DNA of 64,000 bases from Lama guanicoe (taxonomy: Eukaryota). How positions within the stretch are numbered: the first letter of the stretch is position 1; each line of letters opens with the position of its first letter. The DNA lies in contig MU054098.1 of the NCBI GenBank assembly GCA_013239625.1, positions 1 through 64,000 on the forward strand, read 5' to 3'. The position numbers were made by a program, and so were the translations under genes. The notes beneath the pieces were generated by a model that searched no databases, was not told the origin of the DNA, and saw nothing but the letters and a program-made list of their open reading frames with translations. This document shows, one piece after another, positions 1 to 12,199 of this stretch.

Positions 1-196
1 TAGTGGCTGTTTGCCCACGCAGAGATCCCAGTCAGAGCCTTTTTGCTGTCTCCGTTCCCTGGACAGACGCAGATTCAATAAGTGGTTTGCCAATGTGAAC
101 CAGGATTAGTTCACACACGGTGGTGGTGGGGCTCTCATGCTGAGAATTCATTGTTCTCTCTTTGTTGTAAATGGACTTTCTGATTTCATCTTAGGT

Positions 197-762
197 TGTC
201 GAGGAGGAAGAAATTTCCCTCTGTCTTTCAGGGTTCTTCTGGCTAGTCTAAGAATTAAGTTGACATGAGACAGATTAACAGGAGAAAATCACACAAAAGT
301 TTAGTAACATATATATACAGAAGAGACCCAGGAAGACTGAGTAACTCACCAGAATAGCTGAAGCCCTCACCTTAAGTACCATCTTCAGCTAAAGACAAAG
401 AAAGATGTTGGGGGTAGTGGTTTAGGGCTTCAAAGGGGAGGAAGGCAACTGACATGGAGATGGAAAAGCAGATGTTTGGTAAACAAATGTTTGCTGGGCC
501 AGGCAGAGACAGTGGGACCTACAGAGGAATTTTAACAAGTGGACTGTGTTGGGTTCTTCCGTGTCTACATACCTAGTTCTTATTCTAGTATCTACGGTGA
601 TAGCCCCCTTCCTGGAACAGGTCCTCTGTCTACATTCTTTAGGCAGCTAAGGGGAAGGTCAAAGGTTCTTCCTGAGCCTTTTGGACTTTAAAAATAATGA
701 GCCTAAATTAATCCTCTTGCCAAAGAGACATATTTTGGGGTGACAAATTTTGCTCCCTTACA
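197..762 (-). mobile_element. Solo LTR, ERV1 class (MER34/MER41-group-like)
   Basis: TG...CA termini; near-match 4-bp TSD AGGT/GGGT; minus-strand 3' end AAATTTCTTCCTCCTCGACA. Confidence 0.7.
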
Positions 763-1542
763 GGGTGGAGACCAACTTGACCTGCAAACCTCCCAACACT
801 TGCTGCTTCTAGACACCCTGCCTCAGCTCCAGCTCCCGCTCCGCTTCTCTGGGCCTGCCCAGTTTCAGCACCAATAAAGGCCAGCTCAGTATATTCTAAT
901 TCCTTTCTCAGCCACAGAACCATTTTGACCTGGTTTCTAACTTGCTCCTCTTCTCTCTAGGTTTGCCTCTGCTCATGCTCTTGAGGACTCCCCTCTCCTC
1001 AGAGTCCCCATTCCTGCCTGTGGACAGATTTTGATTTAAAAGCTCAATACTCAGTGCATCAAACTCACTCCCCTGGCCACTTCCTCCCTGGCACTCCACA
1101 ATTCTCTCTGGCCTTCTGGGACACAAATCCTGGCCCCTTCAGGCTTGGCTGCCCCCTTGTAGGAGGAAGGAGAGGCCTGGGCTGGCAAAGACTGTTCCTA
1201 AAATCTACATGCTCACCTGTGGTGCTCTCAGAACCCTGCTGCCTGAGTGTATCCCATCATGATTTCAAGACAAATACCCACATGCATGGTCATATGTGGT
1301 TAGGATCAAAGGGAAACTCAGCTTCAAGATCAAGTCAAAACCCTTCCCAGATGAAGACTTTTATTTTCCTACCAAAGTCAGACCATTTCTCAAAAGTTTA
1401 AAACATTTCCTGCATCTGGAAATAACTGTTATAATTTCATCCAAGCACCAGGAGAGAGCACGGTGGGCTCCAGGAGGGAGAGGGACACACTCCACATAAG
1501 CCTTCAGTTACATTTAAAATAAGCAAGTAGCATTATGCAATA

Positions 1543-1561
1543 TGGCCACTAGATGGCAGGA
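1543..1561 (+). promoter_or_regulatory. CTCF-like motif
   Basis: TGGCCACTAGATGGCAGGA closely matches the CTCF core consensus. Confidence 0.6.
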
Positions 1562-2160
1562 CCTCCTCAATGTGAGAATCACAGTAAACTGTGATTCTCC
1601 AGGTGGTCACACTGGTGAGCCCCAGACAAAGCTGGAGGAATTTACCAAGTTTTGGTGAAAGGATTCTTCCTAAGAGTATCCTTATCTTGATAATGATGTC
1701 AGCAAGTGCAGTTTTGATCATCTAGTTTGTTTCCACACTGATAAGTCTGTCCTTTTTACATCCTCTCTCTGCATTTAAGAATTCTTCTAAGGAAAACCAC
1801 TTTAATCAGGAAAGAAAATCTGAAATTTTTTAATGGAAATACCCAGCAAACACAGAGGTTCCACTTTTGTTAAAAATGTATTTCAAGAAGTCTCTAGGAA
1901 TCTTCAGGAAGCTCACTGAACATGGATCTATTCAAACACAGAGGAAAACTGGTCCAAATTTCATTCAGAGCAATTATTCAGTTAGATTTTTAAAATTTGT
2001 TTTCATGCTAAGTACTTTGAACTCTTTCCAAGGGTGAAAGGGTGTGTTGCAAAATTATTTTCCTCTCTTTAGAAAATAAATCCAGAGGAGACAAAGGAGT
2101 GGGCTGAAGGAAAACTAGAGACAAGGAGACCAGTTCTGGGCATGCACATAGGGGTGAAAG

Positions 2161-2817
2161 TGTTAGAGCAGGCAGATAGCTAGATATGAGCAGAGAAAGT
2201 GAGACACAGACCAAATGGCAGAAATTGGGCAGAAAGGAGGGCCACAGACCAAATGCAGAAAACCATACATCATATAAGCACCAGGGGTCCCTGGGCAGAG
2301 AAAGAAAAGCAGGAACCTCTGGGCTGATAACTGGTCACAACTTTGGCGGTGATAAGTGCCCCGGAGGCCATCAAAGAAAGGTGAGAAGAGGCAGGAATCT
2401 CCAGTGTCCCAACGAACCTTTTGCTTATTACCCTCATTACAATAAAATGAGCCTCCCTCGCAGGTTAGAAGTACCCATCATGCACCAACGCCATGACACT
2501 TCCCATCCAGACTAAATAAGGGCAAAAATCCCTCCTCCCTTTGGGAAGGTGGAGCTGGGATGAAAATCAGGGAATACAACCCCAAACTCTTCCCTCCCCA
2601 ATGAATATTCTGCCCATTCATTTTTATACCATATTAACCAACTTGCCAAAGAAACTCAGGGCAGCCTATCACCTGGGCCTGCCCGCTCTCCCTTTGCCAG
2701 TGTACTATCCATGCTTTAATAAATTCTCACTTTACTTTTTTAACCACTGTGTCTTGTGTCTGAATTCTTTCTGGGAAGGGACAAGAACTGTAACATGGGT
2801 TACATCCACCGGCAACA
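2161..2817 (+). mobile_element. Solo LTR
   Basis: TGTT...AACA terminal inverted repeat; AATAAA near 2719 followed by U5-like sequence; TSD imperfect. Confidence 0.7.
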
Positions 2818-3064
2818 AAGCTTGAATGCATTTTCTCCTCTCTCCTACCAGACAACCTGAAGATGGAGGCTGTTGTTTCCAGTGTTAAAGAACACGAGGA
2901 CCGTCCATCCTTGCCGTGAAACAAGTGGGATTTATTTCTTATTGAAGGAACCATGGATTATCTCCATAAAAGTGTGTAGAAAAGACTTCATAGAGGATTT
3001 GAATTTGTATTAGATGGTTTTAGAGAGGGCTTAAAGAATTAGAGCTTTGCTCTGTATTGGATGC

Positions 3065-4247
3065 TGGGATGTAATAAGAAATAAGTGTTTGGTCTTTGTC
3101 CCTTGTTGCTGGCATATAGCTCCTAAAACCTTTGGAATTTCCTGGGTGATGAGAGTGTCTTTGGTATGCAAATGAGATGACTGGTGCCCCAGGGCCTCTG
3201 GATAGCTTGAGGATGGGGGCTGATCCCCAAAAGACCAAGGCCTGATTAGAGAGTTGAAACTTTCAGCCCTACCTGTGACCTTCAGGGAGGGGAAGGGGAC
3301 TGGAGAATGATTTCAATCACCCACACCAATGTGAGCTGGCATCATCCAATCTGTTGAGGGCCCAAGCTGAACAAAAAGGTAGAGGAATGATGAATTCTCT
3401 CTCTCTCTCTTCTTGAGTTGAGACACCCACCTAATCCTGACCTCAGACATCAGAGTTCCTATTTCTTGGGTCTTTGGATTCCAGGGTTTAGATGAGTAAA
3501 CCACCTTCCACCCCTGTCCCGGGTTCTTAGGCCTTTGGACTTGGAGTTACATCATTGGCTCCCCTAGTTCTCAGGCCTTCAGACTTGGACTGAATTATAC
3601 CACTAGCTCTCCTGGGGCTCTAGCTTTCAGCTAGTAATTAGAGGGACTTCTTAGTCTCCATAACTATATGAGCCAGTTCCTATTAAAAAAAAATTATACA
3701 TACTTATATGTATATATATACACACACACATATACATATATATACACAGATATATATCTCATCTCCCATTTGTTCTATTTCTCTGGAGAATTCTAACGCA
3801 ATCACCAATGGCCAATGGTTTAATCAATCATGTCTACATAATAAAATCTTCATTTAAAAAATCCCTAAACAATGGGGTTCAGAGAGCTTGTGGGTTGGTG
3901 AATACATCAAGGTGCTGGGAGGGTGGCGTGCCTGGAGAGGGCATGGAAGCTCTGCACCTCCCTCCCCAACATGCACATCTTCCATTTTGCTATTCCTGAG
4001 TTGTAACCTTTAAAATAAACTGGTAAGTGTAACTGTTTCCCCGAGTTCTATGAGCTGTGCTAGTAAATTATCAAACATGAGGAGAGGGTCATGGGAACCC
4101 CTGATTTATCACTAACTAGTCAAAGGTATAAGTGGCAGCCCAAAACTTGTGATTGGTATACAAATTAGGGGCAGGCTTGTGGGACTGAACCCTTAACCTG
4201 TGGGGTCTTTGCTAACTCTGGGTAATTAGTGTCAGAATGGAATTGAA
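3065..4247 (+). mobile_element. MER21-like LTR containing an MLT2-like segment (~3322-3798) with a TA/CA microsatellite
   Basis: MER21-type motifs GCTCCTAAAACCTTTGGAATTTCCTG and GTCAGAATGGAATTGAATTG; MLT2-type CATCATCCAATCTGTTGAGGGCC...TCTCTGGAGAA. Confidence 0.7.
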
Positions 4248-4481
4248 TTGCATTAATTAAACCAATAAATGTAAACTAACTTTAATACCAAATATTAATT
4301 TAATACTGAGTACTTCCCAGATCATGTGAACCTGAAATTCATTTGGGTTTCTTTTATATCTCTGAGAATTTACATAAGCACTTGATTTCCTTTAAGCCAA
4401 TTAAATCAAGCTCACTTAATTAATTTTTGCAATACCACTTGGAGGTAGAGGCATAGCATATCTATAATGTACACACAGACA

Positions 4482-5451
4482 TGTGGGACCAACTGATGTC
4501 CTTCAAAGTCCAACGACCCCCATTCCTGGGCTTTCAGATATCTGCTGGTGATTCTGAGGTGGGAAGCCCCATGAAAAAGACTTTCCTCCAGCCCCATCCA
4601 GTTCCCTGGCTGGGCAGCATTATCTTGCTTTTTGCCTCTATAAAATGGCTTGCTTCTAGGAAAGTGGAACTTACCCCTAAGATTGTATTGGTTCCCTGAG
4701 CTAATTCCTGATTGGTCCATTTGTAACACCTCATTTGCATAAAGCTCACTCCTGATTGGTCCATTTCTGTCACTCCTGATTGGTCCATTTCTAAAAAGCT
4801 CATTCCTGATTAGTCAACTTTGTTACACCTTATTTGCATATGATGTTGCAAAGTCTAGACTGGCAGCCTATAAAAGCCTGTGTAAACCTATAGATGGGGT
4901 CCAGAGCTTGGAGTGTTAACTCCTCTCGGCCCGCCAGCTTAATAAACCTGAGTTCTCCAACCCTCCGAGTGCTGCTTGGTCTCTCGTCAGGATCCAGGTT
5001 GCTGTCACAACTGAGCTGTAACAATTCCTCAAAAGATAAAGTACATTCTTGCTGGGCGTGTTTGCCCTAACAAACTGATAGCCCTAGGTAATGCTTAATC
5101 TCATAATAGATCAAGGTGGTTCCTTTCAGCCCACCTTATCAGAGTGATAAAACCCACAAACCCTTCCCAGACCTTAAACTTCTTACCTCACCCATAACCA
5201 ATCAGAACTTGTGCACGAGCTAATCACACAGCCCCCAACCTATTGTGACCACCAACTCCTCCCCCCAGTAAAAGACCCTGTACTTCATCCCTGTGCTCAC
5301 ACAGACACCTCTCGCCTGTGTGGCCCACTGTTGTCTATGACGGTGTACCGAATAAACTCCTTTCTATTCTTATACTTCATCTCTGGTAAATTGTTTTACC
5401 AACCACGTGTCACTGGCTCACCAACCGGCCACTCCACTGTGCCCCATGACA
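4482..5451 (+). mobile_element. Solo LTR (ERVL-like, MER74/MER73-type), split by a nested LTR
   Basis: TG at 4482, CA at 5451; perfect 5-bp TSD AGACA (4477-4481 / 5452-5456); AATAAA 5351-5356. Confidence 0.8.
4555..5023 (+). mobile_element. Younger ERV1-class solo LTR nested in the previous LTR
   Basis: TG...CA; perfect 4-bp TSD ATTC (4551-4554 / 5024-5027); TATAAAA 4869-4875; AATAAA 4941-4946; tandem U3 repeats. Confidence 0.85.
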
Positions 5452-6599
5452 AGACATAGACACAGCTAGAGATTTCATAGTTTCACTTAAAAACTTGAGT
5501 CATAAATCAGATATTATAATATGAAACTCATTATTGTATTAATAACAGTTGGAATAAGTTTACTTGCTTGAGTTTTAAAAAGTTTCCCTACAAAGGCACA
5601 GAAGAAAAATGCAAGCTCCTCTTACAAGGACTTTGTTCCCTTAGGGTCGGAATTTTGAAAAGATATTTTATCAAGCTGGCTTTCTCTAATTGCATAAGCA
5701 AAAACCAGTTTTGGAATGTCAAAAGAAAAGCCTCATCTTGGCCATTTCACGGCAGAATTTCCTTAGTTCCCAACTAAGGAAGTATTTACAAGTATAAATT
5801 TCAGGCGTACATAAACCCAGCTGGGGCGCTAGTCACAGGTTATCTGGTGTCCCCTTTCCTTCTGTTTGGGAGACTCTATTCCTCAATTTAAATTTGGGTT
5901 TTTGTCAGGATAAAATCATTATTGAAAACTGTGTGGCGGGCAAGTGGGCTGTTGGTGAACTTAACTTCTCTAGGTGTCACCCTGGAGTCATCTCAGCTTT
6001 TTCATGGGTCTAGGTTTCTCCCAGCAGCAGCCTAAAACTGCCATGGGTGCTTGGAGCACTGGATGGCCAGACCTTATGGTGCACCTCCAGATGACTGAGG
6101 TTTTAATTAATCAGTGATTTTTCTCTATGGCACAGTGTGAGGACTCACCTACACCACTCCCATAAATTTCTCAGTTGCCATAACCAGCCAGGAGGAGCTG
6201 AGTCCCTTATTTTTGGAGCTAAAAGCGCTCGTATGGTATCCTCACTCTTATTCCAACAAACTCTTTTATAACCAATTCAAGGAAACACACCAACAAGCTG
6301 CTTACCTATTCATTCAGTCCAAAACTCCTCAGTGTCTTCCAATTGAGCAAAGTCTTCCTAGTGTCTTTCAACTGGGGATCCCAATGTCTTTTAAACCAAG
6401 CAAACTTTCAGTATCTTTCAACTGAGAAGACAGGTAACTTTTTAATGCACCATCAAATAAAAGTAAGGATCATCAACCAAGATGGGCAATCTGGGACCAA
6501 GAAAGACTCACCCAAATTTGTCTGGACTTGCTAGGCATGTGGATGGGCACAAGGTGCTCTTACTGGTATCAAGGCTCCAGATCCTTGTAGAGTTCAGGC

Positions 6600-7115
6600 T
6601 GTGAATGAAAAATATTGTCAGCCATATCAGTAAGCAAAGAATGCTCTGGCCATCAAGTCTTCAGCCATTACTGCCAACAGTAAGTGGGGGTAACTCAGGA
6701 TGCAAATAAGCAGGCAGCCCGTGGGCTTCTGCAGGCACCCCCAGCTGTGCACACTGAGGGAACTCAGGATGTGAAAGAACAGGACATTGGCCCTACATAG
6801 CTAGGTGTACATCAAAGGAATATTTCAATGAGCCCAGATCTTTGCACCTTCCCATACATAGAAAAGCACTAAATTCTTTAACTTGAGATATCTGGTTTTC
6901 TTTAATTAACAGTAATCTTTTGATGTTCCAACTACCTGGTATTTGTTGTAAAAACTCCTATATATCCTGGCTCCTCCCTTACATCTTCGGAGCAGTCCCT
7001 CAGAGCGATCTGGGAGGATGTCATCCCAGGCTCAAAGGGGTTCAAGTCCTCAGAAATGTCTGCCGAATAAAACGTAACTCTCAACTTTTAGGTTATGCAT
7101 TTAATTCAATCAACA
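6600..7115 (+). mobile_element. MER41-like solo LTR inserted in the leader of provirus C, opposite orientation
   Basis: TG...CA; TSD AGGC/AGGT; TATATA near 6959; AATAAAACGTAACTCTCAACTTTTAGGTT 3' end. Confidence 0.75.
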
Positions 7116-7141
7116 AGGTGAAGAAGCAAAGTCTGCTCTGG

Positions 7142-7159
7142 GTCCTTTTGTGGTTGCCA
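7142..7159 (-). promoter_or_regulatory. Retroviral primer binding site, tRNA-Arg type
   Basis: TGGCAACCACAAAAGGAC vs tRNA-Arg PBS TGGCGACCACGAAGGGAC: 15/18, with two mismatches at CpG positions. Confidence 0.75.
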
Positions 7160-7608
7160 AAACTGTCGCCTGAAATAAACACACAACATGAGAGCTGTGA
7201 TTTTCAGTTTTATTTGGGGACCTTACTGAGGACTATAGCCCAGGAGACAGCCTCTCATATGGCTCTCAGGAATAGCTACGAAGAGGTCAGAAAGGAGCCA
7301 GAATATCTATGAATTTTGTTGGTTGGGGAATACACATAGTCAAGCATATATCTTGGTAAAAGATTACCACTAATCACAAAAGCAGATCTCTCAAGTTAAT
7401 GATTTTAGTGCTCATCTACGTGTGGGAAGATGCAAGAATCTGGGGTCATTGAAATTCCTCTTTAGATATGCATCTTAACTATTTAGGGGCCCATAAATCC
7501 AAAACACATGTTTTTCATCCTGAATTCTTTTCAGGGTGTACTGAATGTCAGTGGCTAATGACTTGATCCTCATAGAATTGAATGGCAAAAAACATTCTTC
7601 GCTTTACA

Positions 7609-10600
7609 ACACACAGACGTACACAAATAGACAGCCAGATGCAAGCAGAGATCTCACAGCTTTTGTTTAAAAAATTTTAGCCATGAGCAAGATATGATAA
7701 TGTGAAACTCACTAGTTCATAGAAGAACAGTTTGATCCAAACTGTGTTTCTGGCAGGTGGAATAAGTTATGGTTACCTGCTCAGATGGCTAAAGCCTTTT
7801 ACTAATATTTGTAAAGAAAACTTCTAACATTTTTCTTAGACGTAGTTTTGAAATAGTCCCTCCTCCTCCTCCTTTTTCTTCCTCTTCTGCTTCTTCATCT
7901 TCCTATTCTTCTTCCTCTCCCTCTTCTATTTTTTTGGGGGGGGGGTACATTCTGATAGGAATTACCTCCCTGAAGTTTATATTTCAAAGAAATGGCCATT
8001 AGTTCCTAGAGAAAACCAGGTAGAACATTTACATCCCAAAGGCACAGAAGAAGAATACAAGTTCTACCAAGAAGGACTTTAGTCTCCTAAGTCCAGAATT
8101 TTTACAATATCTACAAGCCTTTTGAGATGAAGAGTAGAGGGTGTGAGAATGGTAAAAAGGATAAGTGAGCTTTGAATTATGCACTTCTGTTCTTGTAAAG
8201 ACTCATAAATTTACAAGACAAGGACAGTTGTTTTTAATTTCTCACAGAATTGGGTTGCAACTTGAATGACACCAAAGGGCTGACCCACACATCCAACTAC
8301 ATCATCTTCAATCCGCTTTTTTAGATCATGGCAAAGATCTCCAACTAAGATGAAAATCAAAAGATTCCTATGGTCTAGATTTAGAACTGTTTGTCTTTGG
8401 AATGTTTTTCTTTCCCTCTGGGCACATAGTTTCATTTAGCTTAGGGGAGAAGGCTTAAAAAAAAAGCTCTTATCAAATTCTGTATATCAGCTTCCAATTT
8501 GACCAACTCTGACCATAGAGTTACTTAAAAAAAAAATCCTTTCAAATATCTTGCCAGGATTCAGCCAGGACAAACAGTAAATATTCCTGGCAGTATTGAA
8601 CAACCCCACGGACCCAAGAAGCATCTCCAAAGAGAGTGCAAAAGATACTACCCTCTCGAGATTCCAGCGCCACTCCCAAAGATAGCCAAAAGAAAGACAG
8701 ACTTAGAAAGTTCTCCTGAGAGCTGGTAACAGTCTGTAGGATCCTTGCTGCAAATGGAGTGACCCACATTTCTGTCTGGCCATGTTTTGGGGGCCCCCAA
8801 ATTGATGGCTTCCAAGCCAGTTTCTTAGGACACAAGACAAACAAGAAGGCAACAGGTGTCCCTGTGAGAGAAAGAATCAATAACCATTGGGTCTGGATTT
8901 GGAAAGGAAGGGACAATGTGAAATTTTACCTTCATCTCTGGATGGGGCACTACAGACAGAGATCTGGGCCTGCTGTAGGAATTCTCATCCTTTGCTGGCT
9001 TCTGCCAGTTTTCCCAAGTTCCCATCTGCAGGCTCCAGAGCTAATAGGGATTAGAGTGTAGTTCCAATGTCTTCCAGAATTTGACAAGGTTTTCCATTAA
9101 TTTTAATTTTTGTTTCCCCTTGGCAATTTAAGGGAATGACTGGTAGCAGTTTACTGGATAGTCTCTCAGAGTCCTGTCAACACTGGGAGAGGCTCTCCTT
9201 CAAGGAGGGTACCTTTAAGGCAACTAACTCAGCAGACTTTAATCCCGTCAGAGTTGAAAGGCAATATAGATAGAGGATTACTGGACTGAATACTCAGGTA
9301 ATGGAGACTAGAGGAGAGTAGCAGGAGTCACATCAGTCCTACAGTCTTATTTCAGGTACCGCTTGTGTCTTTAATTTTTCATTAGCCTTCTGCAATGAAT
9401 CATTCAATGAAGGTATTTTGGAGTCTTGAAGCCTTTTGGAGGCTTCTACATGCCAATTAAATAGCTATCCCATTCTGTTTGTTTGATTTGGGAACTCTTA
9501 CTTTCACGTACAGTTCTTAAATGAATGATCTTGTCTAATTGGAATGTTCCCTGTGATGACCACTGTAATTCTAGGTGGTCTTAGTAAGAATTTGCCATTT
9601 TTGTAGCTATCAGCAGCTTCTGGGACCACAGCTCTTAGACATAGAATTAGCAGGCATGCCAGAAGTTGGTGTGTTTCATTCTTTGAAACTTGAGGAGCTC
9701 ATTTCTTTAGCCAAGTCTTGGGTCTCTTGGAGCCAAATTAATATCTAAGAGGCATGTGCCACTGGGTTGGAGATTTTATAGAGTTCTACAGTATAACTCA
9801 CTGCATGGAAATTTTCTTAAGGTTGGCGAGTGAGGTTAAAGTTAGGTGATAAGCACCCTAACGGCTTTTAAGTGGTTGACCTGTACCCACCAATTTTGTG
9901 GCGGCGGCTTCCAAGATTCTCATTAGCAATAGAACTCTTATTCCTTTCATGAGACGATTTCCTCACAGTGGCAGACATTCTAATGGTTTTTAGTAGTTTA
10001 ACTTGTGCCTACTTAGATTTTGATGTATTATTGGGTAAAAAGAGTCCACATTTCTTATCTTAGTTTATCTCCCCACGTCCCCCAGTGGTTTTTTGCTGTG
10101 GACTTAACTTTGAGGCTTTCTGAATCCCCTAATAGTTGCCATTTTGCTTTCTTAGACTGAAGGAGTATCCATTAATTTCCCTTGTTGAAATAATCTTCCT
10201 TAATTCCATGAGACTTACTGTTTCTGGCTGCCTGTGCACCGTTCCTGAGCCCTATCAGGACCTCTCGAAGGTGGCTTACCTTGTAGATGAAATTTGCAAC
10301 AAACCCAAGTGTTGTGGCCCAGTAAGTCTCACCCAGAACAATCTGCAGTCTCTCACACCCCAATTGTCCACTCAGAAATATTAGGACAAAGAAACTCAAA
10401 GAAGTTAGAGCACAAAATAGGCAGAGCTTATCCAAGAGCAGCTTACCCGGAGGTCCCAGAAGGCGGAAGAGGCAGCAAAACCGAAGGGCTCTGTGGGTAT
10501 CCTCACCTGTGTCTTGGAGCCGTTCACGGAATCTTGAGCAGCTGTCTTCAGGTCCCAACCCATTGCCAAAATGTCAATTGACAAAACTAAAACAAATTTG

Positions 10601-10959
10601 TCCTTTATTTAAGGGAAAAGCCATCCATGGGTTGGGAGAGTACATGCCTCACAAGCAGTGAAATGCTCTTCCCGAGGGATTTTGGGAAGAGCGAGTTTTA
10701 CGGAGTCAGAGGACGCAACGTGGAGAAGGGCATGATTGGCTAGGAGGTCGGGGATTTCCTTGTAGGGCTAACAAACCCTATTTTCTAAGGTAAATGGCTA
10801 AAGTTGGGCTGGAGGATAGTGATTGGCGTAAATTAGGACTCCTTGACAAGTGTTTCCTATTAAGTGCAGCCTGACTTTTAGGTTTGGATTTGTGATGTGG
10901 GCTTGGCCACTAGGGGGCCCTCCACTTTGTGGGTCCTGGTACACGAATCACCTTCATCA
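7609..10959 (-). mobile_element. Provirus B (ERV1 class): 5' LTR 10959-10572, degenerate PBS ~10568-10551, leader and decayed gag-like internal sequence
   Basis: Minus-strand LTR TGATGAAGG...TTGACA with AATAAA (10609-10604), followed by TTTTGGCAATGGGTTGGGACC. Confidence 0.7.
10904..10922 (+). promoter_or_regulatory. CTCF-like motif within the LTR of provirus B
   Basis: TGGCCACTAGGGGGCCCTC, near-consensus core. Confidence 0.6.
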
Positions 10960-11900
10960 ATAGGTACAGCAAGTAGTGTTTGCCATGGCGTAAATTCCCC
11001 CTCAAACTGGTTAAGAGGTCATCAAAGGTCACGTGATTGTCCACAACAATCCTAACTAATGGGTTTAGACTAATTTGTCTTTTAAAGTTGAAGTTGTGCT
11101 ACTTATGATTTTGGTTAGGGTCCGAGGCAAGTTTTGGGCCACGTTTGTCAGTGATACTATCCCTAGTGGCGGAATTGCAACTTGGATAGTACACATTAAA
11201 ACAGAGTCAGTTGTACCTTCTGGGAGTTTTGGTTTTAATAAGCTTGGGGGTACTGCATTTTGAAGGTTTTTGGGTAGTATTTTTTCCAGAGAAACATGAT
11301 CCACAGGCGGGATGGTGCTTTTAAATACTTAAAAGTGTCTCACAATTATCCTGAATCCTGTGTGTGGCCACGTTGTGTAAGCCTACCCGTATAAATGAAA
11401 TACCCTAGTTGGGGGTAAACTGTACTGCGAGTATAAAGTGTCATTTATCACAACAGGGGTAAGTCAGTTTGATGTCCTTCGAGGTAGAAAAATTTTTTGA
11501 GTGGCGCTAACTAGTTCAGCAAAGCAGGATGTTATCTAAAGGGAATGAACTGACTGCAGGGGTCAGGAAAGCCTTAATATTATTGTCTACACCTCACCAG
11601 CTAGGTCTTGCTGCTGGTATTCTAATCACCTTAGCAGAGCTTTCTGAGAATGTGAGGTCAAGGTCCATTTTTACAAGGCTGAGAGTTGGGATTAACGGTA
11701 TGAGGGAAGCTGAAGTACCAGAAGGGGTCTGTGAAAGGGAATCTGCCTTCTGAGATGTTTAAAGGGATAGATGCTGAATTAGTGTCAGCAGGGGCTGGTG
11801 GAGGATATCAGATCCAGCAGTTAGTTAAATTCAAAGCAGTAGCTATGGCCTGGGAAAAACATATAGGAGAGTTTTGTTTTCTCTGAAGAGACGGAAGAGG
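10960..11900 (-). pseudogene. Degraded ERV env (SU C-terminus, fusion peptide, immunosuppressive domain, CX6CC) of provirus A
   Basis: Frameshifted translation ...IPPLGIVSLTNVAQNL... / QISLNPLVRIVVDNHVTFDDLLTS / GIYAMANTTCCTY; 5' boundary approximate. Confidence 0.8.
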
Positions 11901-12199
11901 GCAATAGTGGTTCAAAAATAATAGGATGAAGAGAAGGGAGCTCATATTCGTGTCCTGGAGGGTATAAACGTGTAAGAAGAGGTAATATTAGAAGGGCAAA
12001 GGGACAGAAAAAGGGTTGAAAAATGAGAAAAAATCTCATTCTGTCATCTCGGGTGGAACCCATCGGCTTCTGAGGACAGCAGCTTTGTTGTCTCGAGCAA
12101 AAACTGTCCACTTCTGCTGTCAGTGGCTTCTGGAGGATTCCTAAGAATCCAGTTCCTCAGTCTTCTGATGAAATGGATGTCCAGTAGTCTGGGAGAAAG

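Larger units (their letters stand above)
4248..7608 (-). mobile_element. Truncated provirus C: 5' LTR 7608-7164 (MER41-like), PBS, non-coding internal region running leftward and interrupted by solo LTRs
   Basis: LTR ends at CA (7164), then a 4-nt spacer and a PBS; internal sequence has MER4-group-like leader motifs; left boundary approximate. Confidence 0.7.

Noticed and set aside
4534..4803. ORF with repeated MDQSG units
   Set aside because: It is the antisense reading of the LTR U3 tandem repeat; there is no evidence of a protein
4700..4815. Short spaced direct repeats resembling a CRISPR array
   Set aside because: Mammalian LTR enhancer repeats with irregular, related spacers; no cas genes
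10551..10568. Assigning a specific tRNA to the PBS of provirus B
   Set aside because: Too degenerate; Ser(GCT) and Arg both need several changes, so it is left unassigned
11065..11304. 79-aa env-like ORF as a possible co-opted syncytin-type gene
   Set aside because: Surrounded by stops and frameshifts, furin site decayed, and truncated by an LTR before the membrane anchor
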